Part shown: piece by piece, positions 6,692 to 15,293 of the stretch
How the letters are laid out: each line of letters starts with the position of its first letter
Position numbering within the stretch: position 1 is the first letter of the stretch
Origin: a virus
Lineage: Duplodnaviria; Caudoviricetes
DNA: 33,048 nucleotides
Virus record (IMG/VR): IMGVR_UViG_3300044670_000088
Coordinates: 1-33,048 of that record
Strand: one strand, 5' to 3'
Made by a program: the position numbers and the translations under genes
The notes under the pieces: generated by a model
The model's database searches: none
The model's input: only the letters and a program-made list of their open reading frames with translations
Told to the model about the DNA's origin: nothing

Positions 6692-6833
6692 TACCTGTCT
6701 CCGATGCTTTCTTGCTTAACTTAGGCCCGCCTACTTTCTGCATCGTGCCATACACATAGGCATCACGGCGCTTGCCGGTTAGCCCCATCTTCTTAGCCCT
6801 GTTCATCAGGCTGCGCTCTAACTTTTCTGGCAT
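6672..6833 (-). CDS. 53-aa basic protein MPEKLERSLMNRAKKMGLTGKRRDAYVYGTMQK... (not in ORF track)
   Basis: SD GGAG; starts 1 nt after the upstream stop; fills the gap. Confidence 0.8.
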   Translation of the reverse strand: MPEKLERSLMNRAKKMGLTGKRRDAYVYGTMQKVGGPKLSKKASETGNVRKQA

Positions 6834-6834
6834 G

Positions 6835-7545
6835 TTAATTCTCCACTAATATACCTTCAACGAAAATAGATACCTCGTTTGTTGATGCACTGCTCTTCGC
6901 CTCAAATTGAAAGTCAGTCTTCTCCGCAATGCGAAACGGCACTTGCCGATCATAACTTACTTGGCTTGTTTGGAACGTAGCCTCTGCGACACGCAATGTG
7001 CGGCCAGCACTATTCGTAACCACATTCCTGATTGTCAGATACTTACTGCCGTTTGTAGTTCCAGAGTTTGCATCAATGCGAAACAGGTACAGCGAGAACC
7101 CAGCCGGCACTGTGTACAGACAAGCCTGCGTAATGCCCAGCGTAGCCCCTATGAAGCCATACGTTGTGCCACCGTTGCTGATCGTGATGTCACCTACGTT
7201 GCTGCCCGTTAGAATAACAGCGCTGTTGATGCGGTAAAAAGATTTGGCTGTGGTCACACTGCCGGTGCCGTTCAGTGTTAATACGTCGAAGATACTAGCG
7301 TAGTCAGCGTCAAGCCCAGTCACCATGACCTGCATGGTATCAGATGCACTGCTGGATACCAGATCCATAGTCACAGCAGAGCCGGGATAAGCATAAGTAC
7401 CGCCATCATTCCACACAGTTTCAAAGCCGGTGCCAACATCCCGGTTAAATCCAAAGATGTTTACAGCACCCGTGCCCGGTACACCCCTGTGTACTAGCTC
7501 AAGCAAAGCGTGTGGCGAAGAAAGCTTTTCGTTGACGTATCCCAT
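6835..7545 (-). CDS. Beta-rich putative virion/decoration protein
   Basis: NIFGFNRDVGTGFETVW..SSSASDT..YTVPAG; S/T/G-rich. Confidence 0.75.
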   Translation of the reverse strand: MGYVNEKLSSPHALLELVHRGVPGTGAVNIFGFNRDVGTGFETVWNDGGTYAYPGSAVTMDLVSSSASDTMQVMVTGLDADYASIFDVLTLNGTGSVTTAKSFYRINSAVILTGSNVGDITISNGGTTYGFIGATLGITQACLYTVPAGFSLYLFRIDANSGTTNGSKYLTIRNVVTNSAGRTLRVAEATFQTSQVSYDRQVPFRIAEKTDFQFEAKSSASTNEVSIFVEGILVEN

Positions 7546-7757
7546 TAGGCGCGTTCTTTCTTCCGCTTGTTAATCATTGAGATCCGCTTGCCCTTGCGCA
7601 CAGCCTCAGACTTTGATGATGCGCCCCAGTCACGCAAGGCCTCAAGCAATGGCGTTGCCTTGCCATCTCTTTTTTCTGGCCCAGCCATCTTGCCCATGCG
7701 CTGCAGGAAAGCAGCCCGCCTTGGGCTGTTGCCTGTTCTTTCTGGAGCCGCACCCAT
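7545..7757 (-). CDS. Small basic protein (DUF6321-like)
   Basis: RRAAFLQRMGKMAGP..ALRDWG. Confidence 0.7.
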   Translation of the reverse strand: MGAAPERTGNSPRRAAFLQRMGKMAGPEKRDGKATPLLEALRDWGASSKSEAVRKGKRISMINKRKKERA

Positions 7758-7758
7758 G

Positions 7759-7944
7759 TTACGCGCTCATCATTGATTTGCGCTTAGGCTTCTTAGCAGT
7801 CTTTGCTGATTGCGCGAATGCTTCTTCCGTAGGCGCGCCTGCAGATCCGGGCGTGCGCATCTTCTCTGGCGTTTTGCCAGCAGCTTTCTGCGCTTCTATG
7901 CGCTTACGCTTCTTATGAATGTTTGCATATAATCCTTCAGCCAT
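7759..7944 (-). CDS. Small basic phage protein (GLYANIH family) ending in RKSMMSA
   Basis: GLYANIHKKRKRI..EKMRTPGSAGAPT..AFAQSAKTAK. Confidence 0.85.
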   Translation of the reverse strand: MAEGLYANIHKKRKRIEAQKAAGKTPEKMRTPGSAGAPTEEAFAQSAKTAKKPKRKSMMSA

Positions 7945-8371
7945 TGTACCAATCCTCTACAGAAAATCCGGGGCAAGCTTTGCTTGCGTAGTCGTTGTGA
8001 CCAGTAACTTTAACGATACTGGGAAACTGCTTCTTATATTGTTCAATAAGATTGCGCAAAGCATCTTCCTGCTCTGACGTAAAGTTATCTGAGAAAGCAT
8101 CGTCAGCACAGCAACCACGGCCACCGACCAAGCTCACCCCTATGGTGTGCTTGTTCATCTTAGCGACATGCGCTCCAGACTTCTTTACTGGCCTTCCATA
8201 GCCTACCGAGCCATCGCGGTGGACAAGCGCGTGATAGCCTATATCGCGCCACCCGCGTTCTTCAACGTGCCAGCGGCGTATCTCCTTAACGACATCTTCC
8301 ACCGGGCGATCCGCAAACCACTTGGAATTGGTGGCGGTGCAATGCACGACGATTTCATCTATCTCTCTCAT
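7937..8371 (-). CDS. Endolysin, N-acetylmuramoyl-L-alanine amidase (T7 gp3.5-like)
   Basis: VHCTAT..WH..RGWRDIGYH..GAHV..GHND..KACP zinc-amidase motifs. Confidence 0.92.
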   Translation of the reverse strand: MREIDEIVVHCTATNSKWFADRPVEDVVKEIRRWHVEERGWRDIGYHALVHRDGSVGYGRPVKKSGAHVAKMNKHTIGVSLVGGRGCCADDAFSDNFTSEQEDALRNLIEQYKKQFPSIVKVTGHNDYASKACPGFSVEDWYNG

Positions 8372-8763
8372 TTCGTTAGCCCTTTTTGCTTTTCATATGT
8401 TCTCAAGCCACCAATCCCCAGCATACCGCCAAGAACAGTAAGCAGCGTTCCCATGTCAAACTCTGGAAGCGGCGGGATTTGTGTACCCGTCAAAGCTACA
8501 ACAAAAAGGGCAACAGGCTGACCAATAAAATGCCAACCAAAAGCAAGCCCACAGATCCAGCCAATGAAAGGACGCCAGCCACCTTTAAAAACACTTCCAC
8601 TTGCAGCTTCTGCTGCGTTGACTTGTATCTGAGCGAGGGCCAAGTCTTGCGCGTGACGCTGTGACATGGTGGCAATCTCGTGCGCGAGCTTTGCTTTCTC
8701 ATCAGCATCAGGAATGAACTTGTCTAAGAGACCAGTGACCGGCGCTATCAGCTTATCAATCAT
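8368..8763 (-). CDS. Holin (GTA-type 3TM holin family)
   Basis: LDKFIPDADEK..NAAEA..GWRPFIGW..LLTVLGGMLGIGGLRTYEK. Confidence 0.85.
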   Translation of the reverse strand: MIDKLIAPVTGLLDKFIPDADEKAKLAHEIATMSQRHAQDLALAQIQVNAAEAASGSVFKGGWRPFIGWICGLAFGWHFIGQPVALFVVALTGTQIPPLPEFDMGTLLTVLGGMLGIGGLRTYEKQKGLTK

Positions 8764-8960
8764 TTCTTGCCCCCGTTTACATACAGCCCAAACCAAGCAG
8801 CACCAGCGCCTACAATCACGCTGACAAAACCTGCCTGCGCATTTGTCGGATCTGCAAGATCATACATAAACCAGCTACATGTGCGCCAGAAGACAACCAT
8901 GTAGCAGAGTATCAACAGGCGCGGAACAATGCGCCATGCGTCCAGCTTATCAGGTGTCAT
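8760..8960 (-). CDS. Small two-TM membrane protein in the lysis module
   Basis: LDAWRIVPRLL..PTNAQAGFVSVIVGAGAAWFGLY. Confidence 0.8.
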   Translation of the reverse strand: MTPDKLDAWRIVPRLLILCYMVVFWRTCSWFMYDLADPTNAQAGFVSVIVGAGAAWFGLYVNGGKK

Positions 8961-9244
8961 TGGTTTCTGTAGTCTGGATCGCCAATGCGTAGCGATGCAG
9001 TGCCGCTGGTGTAGTTGCCTGTCTTGATGCCAGCCCGGTAGAAATATGGCTCTGGATCAAAGCCATAGGTTTCTATGATCGAGGTGAAGTCATCAACGTC
9101 ACGCCATGTTGTGCCATCCAATGAACGCTGCACCGTTACGGTTCCAGAGAACGTGTTGGAGATTGACAGATTAAAATAATCCTTAACGCGCAACGCGTCT
9201 GTGAAGGTATTCTCAGCAGAGACATCCTTAGTTACTTCTGGCAT
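8957..9244 (-). CDS. Small beta-sandwich hypothetical protein
   Basis: FSGTVTVQRSLDGTTWRDV; SD AGGA. Confidence 0.8.
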   Translation of the reverse strand: MPEVTKDVSAENTFTDALRVKDYFNLSISNTFSGTVTVQRSLDGTTWRDVDDFTSIIETYGFDPEPYFYRAGIKTGNYTSGTASLRIGDPDYRNQ

Positions 9245-9262
9245 TAGCTCGTCCTTTCCTAG

Positions 9263-9517
9263 CTAAACTTCTATGTTTATCTTTGTGCCTTGTGGCCGAT
9301 CCGCATTTGTCTTGCGGCCAAACCTATCATACGTTTCCTGCAAATCAAATCTTTGCTTTGCCAACGCTTCGAGATGGCTGTGGTTTGCTCTGTGCGCTTT
9401 CTCTACACGCTGCTCTGTTAGATGCGCCTCTATGCGCTCACGCGACTGCGTTTGCTGGTGTATGTCTGATTGCACGTTAAACGGCGCAGATCCAATGCCA
9501 CTAACACCGTCAGCCAT
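9263..9517 (-). CDS. Hypothetical protein
   Basis: Directly follows the upstream stop; protein-like composition. Confidence 0.7.
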   Translation of the reverse strand: MADGVSGIGSAPFNVQSDIHQQTQSRERIEAHLTEQRVEKAHRANHSHLEALAKQRFDLQETYDRFGRKTNADRPQGTKINIEV

Positions 9518-10000
9518 TTACCACCATCCAGCGCCCAAACCAGTCAACCATGTGCCGCCAACTATAATAGCAGCCAACATTATTAACAGCAGCACAACTA
9601 ATAAGGTTTCAAAGAAAGCAGCCTTGCGTTCTTGCTGCCGGTACAGGGTTTCTTCGCGCTCTTTCTTAATCTTGCGCCGCAGCTCCACCATTTCGCGCCA
9701 GGTGCCATAGCCAAATCTATTGTTTAGCATTTGCTGCAAGTCTTTCTCTTGCTCTGCCAACTTCTTCTGGTGAATTATAATCTGCAAAGCCTCTTGCTCT
9801 ACAGAGCCAGATGAAAACAGCTTGGTAAATATTGGCGGGTTCTTGCGCTGTTGCTCCGCTCGGCCAAGATCAGCCGCAAAGCCATACCACTTGCCAAGAG
9901 CGCCAGCTACATTCTCTAGTTCCTGCCCCGCATAAACCATCTTGCGCACAAGGTTATAAGCCTGTGTAGCACCGGCAATAGCTGTGATAGGATCGATCAT
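9518..10000 (-). CDS. Coiled-coil protein with C-terminal TM helix
   Basis: MIDPITAIA.. start; long hydrophobic C-terminus. Confidence 0.8.
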   Translation of the reverse strand: MIDPITAIAGATQAYNLVRKMVYAGQELENVAGALGKWYGFAADLGRAEQQRKNPPIFTKLFSSGSVEQEALQIIIHQKKLAEQEKDLQQMLNNRFGYGTWREMVELRRKIKKEREETLYRQQERKAAFFETLLVVLLLIMLAAIIVGGTWLTGLGAGWW

Positions 10001-10167
10001 GTGTTCTTACCTATCTTGATGTAAGACAAGCATGGAGCCTTATAGGGAACCCGAATGGTGTAAGGATAATGACGCCAGATCCCAGAGGGGCATCGGTATA
10101 TACAAGCAGTGTACAAATATCCGTAGGTTGCCACGCCCACCAATATGTTGGTGAGCGAGCAGAGCAT
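9997..10167 (-). CDS. 56-aa Cys/Tyr-rich protein MLCSLTNILVGVATYGYLYTACIYRCPSG... (not in ORF track)
   Basis: TAATG coupling upstream and ATGA coupling downstream; exactly fills the gap. Confidence 0.7.
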   Translation of the reverse strand: MLCSLTNILVGVATYGYLYTACIYRCPSGIWRHYPYTIRVPYKAPCLSYIKIGKNT

Positions 10168-10358
10168 TAGCTCATCATGTTTACGCGAAGAAGAAGCGCT
10201 ATGATGAAGGCAGACGCACCAATAACAATCGCTTCTAAACGCTTTACGCGGTTAAAAAGATCTTTGAATTGAATATCCATCTCGGTTTTAATAGCCACGA
10301 TTTCCTTCTCCAATCCATCAATGCGCGTGTGAGCAGATGATACAGTGCGTTTATCCAT
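10167..10358 (-). CDS. Small coiled-coil plus C-terminal TM protein (XhlA-like architecture)
   Basis: AHTRIDGLEKEI..RVKRLE followed by a hydrophobic helix. Confidence 0.75.
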   Translation of the reverse strand: MDKRTVSSAHTRIDGLEKEIVAIKTEMDIQFKDLFNRVKRLEAIVIGASAFIIALLLRVNMMS

Positions 10359-10561
10359 TACTCTTCTTCCTTTATTTCAGCTTTCAACTTTTCCATGTAT
10401 CCAGCACGACCAACTTGCATCTGCTCTATGTTAAGCTCAAGGCCTCGGATCTTTCCATCAAGAGAATTGATCTGATTTATGCAGTGCTTTGCAACATCGC
10501 TCAGTTGATCTTCAGTGTATTCTACTTCGTCAATCGTAATGACCTTTTGTTCTTCAGCCAC
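10358..10561 (-). CDS. Small acidic coiled-coil protein downstream of the fibre
   Basis: ITIDEVEYTEDQLSD; GTG start with AGGAG. Confidence 0.8.
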   Translation of the reverse strand: MAEEQKVITIDEVEYTEDQLSDVAKHCINQINSLDGKIRGLELNIEQMQVGRAGYMEKLKAEIKEEE

Positions 10562-10584
10562 GTTGATCTCCTTTCAGGTTATGT

Positions 10585-10890
10585 CTACCACGGAACTCCG
10601 CTTGCAGACGTTGGATTAGCTATCGCATCAATCTTAGCAGCAATAGCAGCTTCAGTATCCTCTTGGGATACATGACCCCAGACCCAGCCTTGCGCTTGAG
10701 CCTCAGTTATATCGTCATACGGTGTGAAATCAGCAGCAGAGGCATCGTAGGTAAAGCCACAGGTGCCATAAGCTGATGCTGTGTTGCCATCGTCATCAAC
10801 GCCTGTGCATCTCCAATGTGCAATGTAAACGCCACCGTCAGCGATTTCATGTTCCAATGTTGGAATACTCCAAGTGTAAATAATAGCCAC
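10585..10890 (-). CDS. Tail-fibre-associated protein
   Basis: YTWSI..HWRCTG..FTPYDDITEAQAQGWV..GVPW; GTG start with GGAGG. Confidence 0.8.
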   Translation of the reverse strand: MAIIYTWSIPTLEHEIADGGVYIAHWRCTGVDDDGNTASAYGTCGFTYDASAADFTPYDDITEAQAQGWVWGHVSQEDTEAAIAAKIDAIANPTSASGVPW

Positions 10891-10891
10891 G

Positions 10892-11116
10892 TTATCCTCC
10901 GTTAGCCGCAATAGCTGCATTAGCAGCAGTCATGTCTTCTGTAGTCCAGAAGTCTTTGGCTACCATTAGTTCCAGATGCTCAACATTACGAGCAACTGTG
11001 TCTGTCCATTCAGCATCTTCCATGTCTTCTGGTTGTCCAGCGTTTAGCAAGTCAACTGAATGACCCATTGCTGTGTAGTGTTGTGCGATTTCTTCCGCAG
11101 TTGGTGTATCAGTCAT
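10892..11116 (-). CDS. Tail-fibre-associated acidic protein
   Basis: EEIAQHYTAMGHSVDL..RNVEHLELM..DFWT; SD AAGGA. Confidence 0.8.
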   Translation of the reverse strand: MTDTPTAEEIAQHYTAMGHSVDLLNAGQPEDMEDAEWTDTVARNVEHLELMVAKDFWTTEDMTAANAAIAANGG

Positions 11117-11126
11117 GGTTTTTTCC

Positions 11127-14100
11127 TTATGCGTTTTCTAAGGCAGTTACTTTTGCCTCTAGGGTTTCAATCCGATCCATTGCCTCTTGCAGTGCCTTGA
11201 CTGCTTTCATGTAGAGGATGGAGTAGTTTACTTGCTTTGTGGAAGTTTCAAGAAGATTACCCTCACCGTCTCTGTCTATTGTTTCCCTGACTAAACCAGT
11301 CATACCAGCCGCTTCAACTTCTTGAGCAATAACGCCAAGCATATTTGGTGCATCAAGATTGTCAGACTTCATACTGTATTTACGAACAGTTAAAGCTTTA
11401 ATGTCATCCCATTGAGAATTACTATCAACAATGTTTTCTTTGAGTTTAACGTCAGAAATGGCACCATAGCTGTTGTTAGTGTTTACAACATCACCATCAT
11501 CGTGGACTTGAAATTTATAAGCTCCTGCCGCACTATCATAAGCTGCATAAAAATAATAATTTCCACCCGAGGATGTTCTATTAACTTTAGACTGGATATT
11601 TACAGAACCATATACACCTGTGTTATTAATTTCCAATCCTGCGCCATTGGTGTTTGACCGTATTGCATACCAACTTCCATTACCATCAGAATATAATCTA
11701 GGATTACCATCCCCATCCGACAGCACGATGTTGTTGTCTGATGTGCGGATGTCCAAGCCGCCAAAGTTGCCGTTGTAGCGTCCAAGGATGGTGTTCTTTT
11801 CACCCGTAGTCATAGCATAGCCTGCCGCCGTGCCAATAAAGGTATTTCGACCATTTGTTGCATTGCTGTTGTAACCAGCTGTATCGCCTACAAATGTATT
11901 TAAGCCGCTTGTGGTTGCACTATACCCCGCCTGATACCCAACAGCAGTGTTGTTGGATGCGGTGGTGTTGCTCCCCAAGGCAAACTGACCGACTGCAATG
12001 TTGTTTCCGCCTGTCGTATTAGCATCAAGAGAACGATAACCAAGTGCAGTATTGTTAGAACCAGTGGTATTGAGTCGCAATGCTTCACGACCAAAAGCCT
12101 CGTTTGCGCTACCTGTGGTATTAGTCCCTAAAGAAGCATAACCTACAGCGGTGCTATAGTTACCCGTGGTGTTGGCATCCAATGATTGGTAACCTATCGC
12201 CGTTAGATCAGTCCCAGTAGTATTACTATACCCCGCCTGATACCCAACTGCTGTGTTGCTGCTTGCGGTGGTGCTGGTCTTTAAAGCTTCAAAACCCACA
12301 GCCACATTGTTATCACCAGTAGTAATAGCAGTACCAGCTTCATCACCTACAACCGTATTATAGTTGCCGCCAGAAACAATGCTGTTACCTGCGTTTACAC
12401 CCGCACGAAAGTTGGATGTACCTGCTGTGGCTGTTTGTAGTGTACCGCCTGTGGATGCTATTATGAGGTTACCGCTGCTGTCGATGCGCATGGCTTCAAC
12501 ATCATCTGTTGTGCCGTCTGCTGTTGAGAATGTTAAATAACTGGCGTTACCCCCGCCAGCCGTAAATGCGTTTATTCTGCTTCTAACATTTGCACCTGTG
12601 CCGCTTTCGTCATTGCTGTAAAACTCAAGTGAACCCAGTATTTGATCTCCACTTTCAACTGTACGAGTATTCTCAAAGCGTAGGATAGCGTCTCTATCCC
12701 CTGATATGTGTAATTTTTTACTAGGCGAAGTCGTGCCAATCCCTACATTACCAGAGCTGTCGATGCGCATGTACTCACTGGAATAGCCTTCAATAGCTAG
12801 ATAACCATTAGCATTACCAGCGTCATTCCACGCCTGTATCTTGGAGCCACCAGAAGTATTACCACCAGCAAAGTTCAGTGTACCGTTGGATAAACCTGTT
12901 AAATTTACATTACCGCTGCTGTCGATGGTCATACGTTCATTAGTATGCCCATTTGTATAGAACCGCATGTCAGCATTAGCTCTTGTCATAATAGACAAAC
13001 CACCAGATGCACCTGTACCAGAGCCTATAATTGAGGCATCTTGAACAAATCCACCTGCTGTTGTTCCGTTTGCGCCATATGTTTGAAGGAATAAACCATC
13101 AGCAACAGTTGAAGAATTAGTGATATAAATTACTGCCTCTGCCGCTGCGCCAGAGTTATCATTATAAAAATGGCCTAACTGTGGATCGCCATTGAGGCTT
13201 TTGTACGATGTAAATTGCGCACTAGGCGAATCTGTACCAATGCCAACCCGATTATTCGTTGCATCAACGTGCAGCGTGTTTGTATCCACAGTCAGCCCAT
13301 CGCTGGTGATAGTCCCAGTGACGTCAAGCGCACCAACGATATTTGTAGCATCTAGGTTTGTTGTACCGTCTACGTCTATGTCACCAGAGATGTCTAATGA
13401 AGCAAAGACAGAAGTGCCTGTTGCCGTGACAGTGCCAGTTACGTCAATCGCTGCAGCAAAACTTGTTGTTTGATCGGCATTAATTGTTACTGCTTTTATT
13501 AGATCTCCAGGGCGGCCAGTGTAAAGCTCCAACGCGGCAAGATTAGTTGAGGCAGAAGTAGAGTTTGTTTTGCGCGCTTGTATACTTGCTAAAGTTCCCG
13601 CCTCATTGGTGTCGCTGGTTTGAAAGTCTAATGCGCCAAGGGTTTGGTTTTGTATAGCCGTAGTATCAGTGCAGATTATATCCAGAGTAGGCAGGAAGCC
13701 TGTTCCAGAATTACGAGAAATCGTTAAGCTGTTATTAAAGGTAGCCGTGCCGGTGCTGTCTGCAATGCTAAAAGAAGTCGTACCATCGCGCGCAGAAACT
13801 GTAGAAGTTTCAATGTCAGGAGTATCTATAAGGGTTCCTACTGTAACGGTGCCTGTGACGTTTACACCTGTGCTATCAACTTTAACACGCTGTGTGCCGC
13901 CTGTCGTAATGCCAACCTCGTCAGCCGCAGGGAAATAAATGCCTGTGTTAAGATCGCCCGTAGTTGTCAAAGACGGCAACGCATTCGTTCCATCGTCCAG
14001 CGAAATAACATCATTTGCGCTTACAACTATATTGGTGCCGCCAGTCGTATTACCATTGCCAAGAACCTCAGCAAGCGTATCAACTGTGCCAACCTGTGCA

Positions 14101-15293
14101 TCAACATAGGCCTTAATAGACTGCTGCGTAGCCAGCTTAGTATCGCTGTTAGATGACATGTCATCTTCGTCTAAGATCCCAGTAACCGTAGTGCTGCTGG
14201 CAATGTTAAGGCTTGTGTTAGTCGTAATCGCACCAACAACTTGAACCAGGCCAACAAACCCCAAAGTTGGAGATGTAAATGTTATCTGATCTCCACTACC
14301 ATTTAAGACAATGCCAGCCTTACTTGCGCTGTATGACTCGATATTTACAGCGCCATTGGTGGCTGAAAGCGTTGCCCCGCTATAAGTCTGAGAGAAAAAG
14401 CTGGTAGTCGCAGCTATAAGTGGCTGGTTAAAGCTACCATTAACTTCAAATGTCGGATTAGCCGTGCTGCCAAACGAAAGTTTTTCAGATCCGTTTGTAG
14501 TGTCAAAAGTTAAATAATTATTAGAACCCTCTTTAATCTCCAAGGCAGTTGCAGAATTATCCGTTAGCAATATATCGCCGCTGCTGATTGTAAGCCCAGA
14601 AATAGTTGTGCCGGTGGATGCTACGCTAATTACCTCAGAGCCACTGACAGAAAAGTTTATCTGGTCTGCCGCGCCGAAATACATACCTGTGTTAGTGTCA
14701 CCAATATTTGTAATGCTTGGCGCAGAGGCAGATCCATCTGCAAATGAAGCAACGCCACTAACGCTTAAATTGACCGTTCCGATACTAGGAACATTAGCTA
14801 TATTTGTTGTTGAAACATTGCCAGAAGTATCAAAGCTAATAATTTGACCCGCACGATCAGCAGCAGATGGCAAAGTGTTTTCAAGCCCAGATCCTACGTC
14901 ACCTTCTGGGAATGAAATCGCTAAGTCATTGCTTGTCGCTTCCTGCTGCACAAGCATTGTAAGCTTATCCAGCGCGTCTTCATGCGCCTCTGCAGGAAAG
15001 GGATCATTTGGCACATAGTTTGTTTCTTGCGTTATTGGGAGAACGCGACGAATAACAGCCGTGTTGCCACTCGGAGGGGCTGTAACAAAAACCACATTTC
15101 CACCGCTGTCAGACCCCACACCAGTTACCGTGTAGTTTGTAGTCAGAGACTGTGTAGTCTCTGCTCCAGTAGTGTCATTAACCAAAGTTACAACAAGATT
15201 TGTGTCTTGGAAAATTTTAAAGGTATACGCAAAAGTGGTTGTGCTGCCATTGCCAGCATAACTCTTAAAGTTTGTGCCTGTTGATACTGTCAT
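11127..15293 (-). CDS. Tail fibre with T7 gp17-like N-terminus, repeat shaft and C-terminal intramolecular chaperone (peptidase S74)
   Basis: YAGNGSTTTFAYTF..EDALDKLTM; MRIDSSGNVGIGT repeats; ~14-aa NTAVGYQAGYSNTTG repeats; SDVKLKENI..GVIAQEVE..coiled coil. Confidence 0.92.
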   Translation of the reverse strand: MTVSTGTNFKSYAGNGSTTTFAYTFKIFQDTNLVVTLVNDTTGAETTQSLTTNYTVTGVGSDSGGNVVFVTAPPSGNTAVIRRVLPITQETNYVPNDPFPAEAHEDALDKLTMLVQQEATSNDLAISFPEGDVGSGLENTLPSAADRAGQIISFDTSGNVSTTNIANVPSIGTVNLSVSGVASFADGSASAPSITNIGDTNTGMYFGAADQINFSVSGSEVISVASTGTTISGLTISSGDILLTDNSATALEIKEGSNNYLTFDTTNGSEKLSFGSTANPTFEVNGSFNQPLIAATTSFFSQTYSGATLSATNGAVNIESYSASKAGIVLNGSGDQITFTSPTLGFVGLVQVVGAITTNTSLNIASSTTVTGILDEDDMSSNSDTKLATQQSIKAYVDAQVGTVDTLAEVLGNGNTTGGTNIVVSANDVISLDDGTNALPSLTTTGDLNTGIYFPAADEVGITTGGTQRVKVDSTGVNVTGTVTVGTLIDTPDIETSTVSARDGTTSFSIADSTGTATFNNSLTISRNSGTGFLPTLDIICTDTTAIQNQTLGALDFQTSDTNEAGTLASIQARKTNSTSASTNLAALELYTGRPGDLIKAVTINADQTTSFAAAIDVTGTVTATGTSVFASLDISGDIDVDGTTNLDATNIVGALDVTGTITSDGLTVDTNTLHVDATNNRVGIGTDSPSAQFTSYKSLNGDPQLGHFYNDNSGAAAEAVIYITNSSTVADGLFLQTYGANGTTAGGFVQDASIIGSGTGASGGLSIMTRANADMRFYTNGHTNERMTIDSSGNVNLTGLSNGTLNFAGGNTSGGSKIQAWNDAGNANGYLAIEGYSSEYMRIDSSGNVGIGTTSPSKKLHISGDRDAILRFENTRTVESGDQILGSLEFYSNDESGTGANVRSRINAFTAGGGNASYLTFSTADGTTDDVEAMRIDSSGNLIIASTGGTLQTATAGTSNFRAGVNAGNSIVSGGNYNTVVGDEAGTAITTGDNNVAVGFEALKTSTTASSNTAVGYQAGYSNTTGTDLTAIGYQSLDANTTGNYSTAVGYASLGTNTTGSANEAFGREALRLNTTGSNNTALGYRSLDANTTGGNNIAVGQFALGSNTTASNNTAVGYQAGYSATTSGLNTFVGDTAGYNSNATNGRNTFIGTAAGYAMTTGEKNTILGRYNGNFGGLDIRTSDNNIVLSDGDGNPRLYSDGNGSWYAIRSNTNGAGLEINNTGVYGSVNIQSKVNRTSSGGNYYFYAAYDSAAGAYKFQVHDDGDVVNTNNSYGAISDVKLKENIVDSNSQWDDIKALTVRKYSMKSDNLDAPNMLGVIAQEVEAAGMTGLVRETIDRDGEGNLLETSTKQVNYSILYMKAVKALQEAMDRIETLEAKVTALENA

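Noticed and set aside
11880-12400. Repeats in the fibre as a possible DGR template/variable pair or CRISPR array
   Set aside because: No reverse transcriptase, no adenine-specific mismatch pattern and no constant repeat-spacer period; they are coding repeats.
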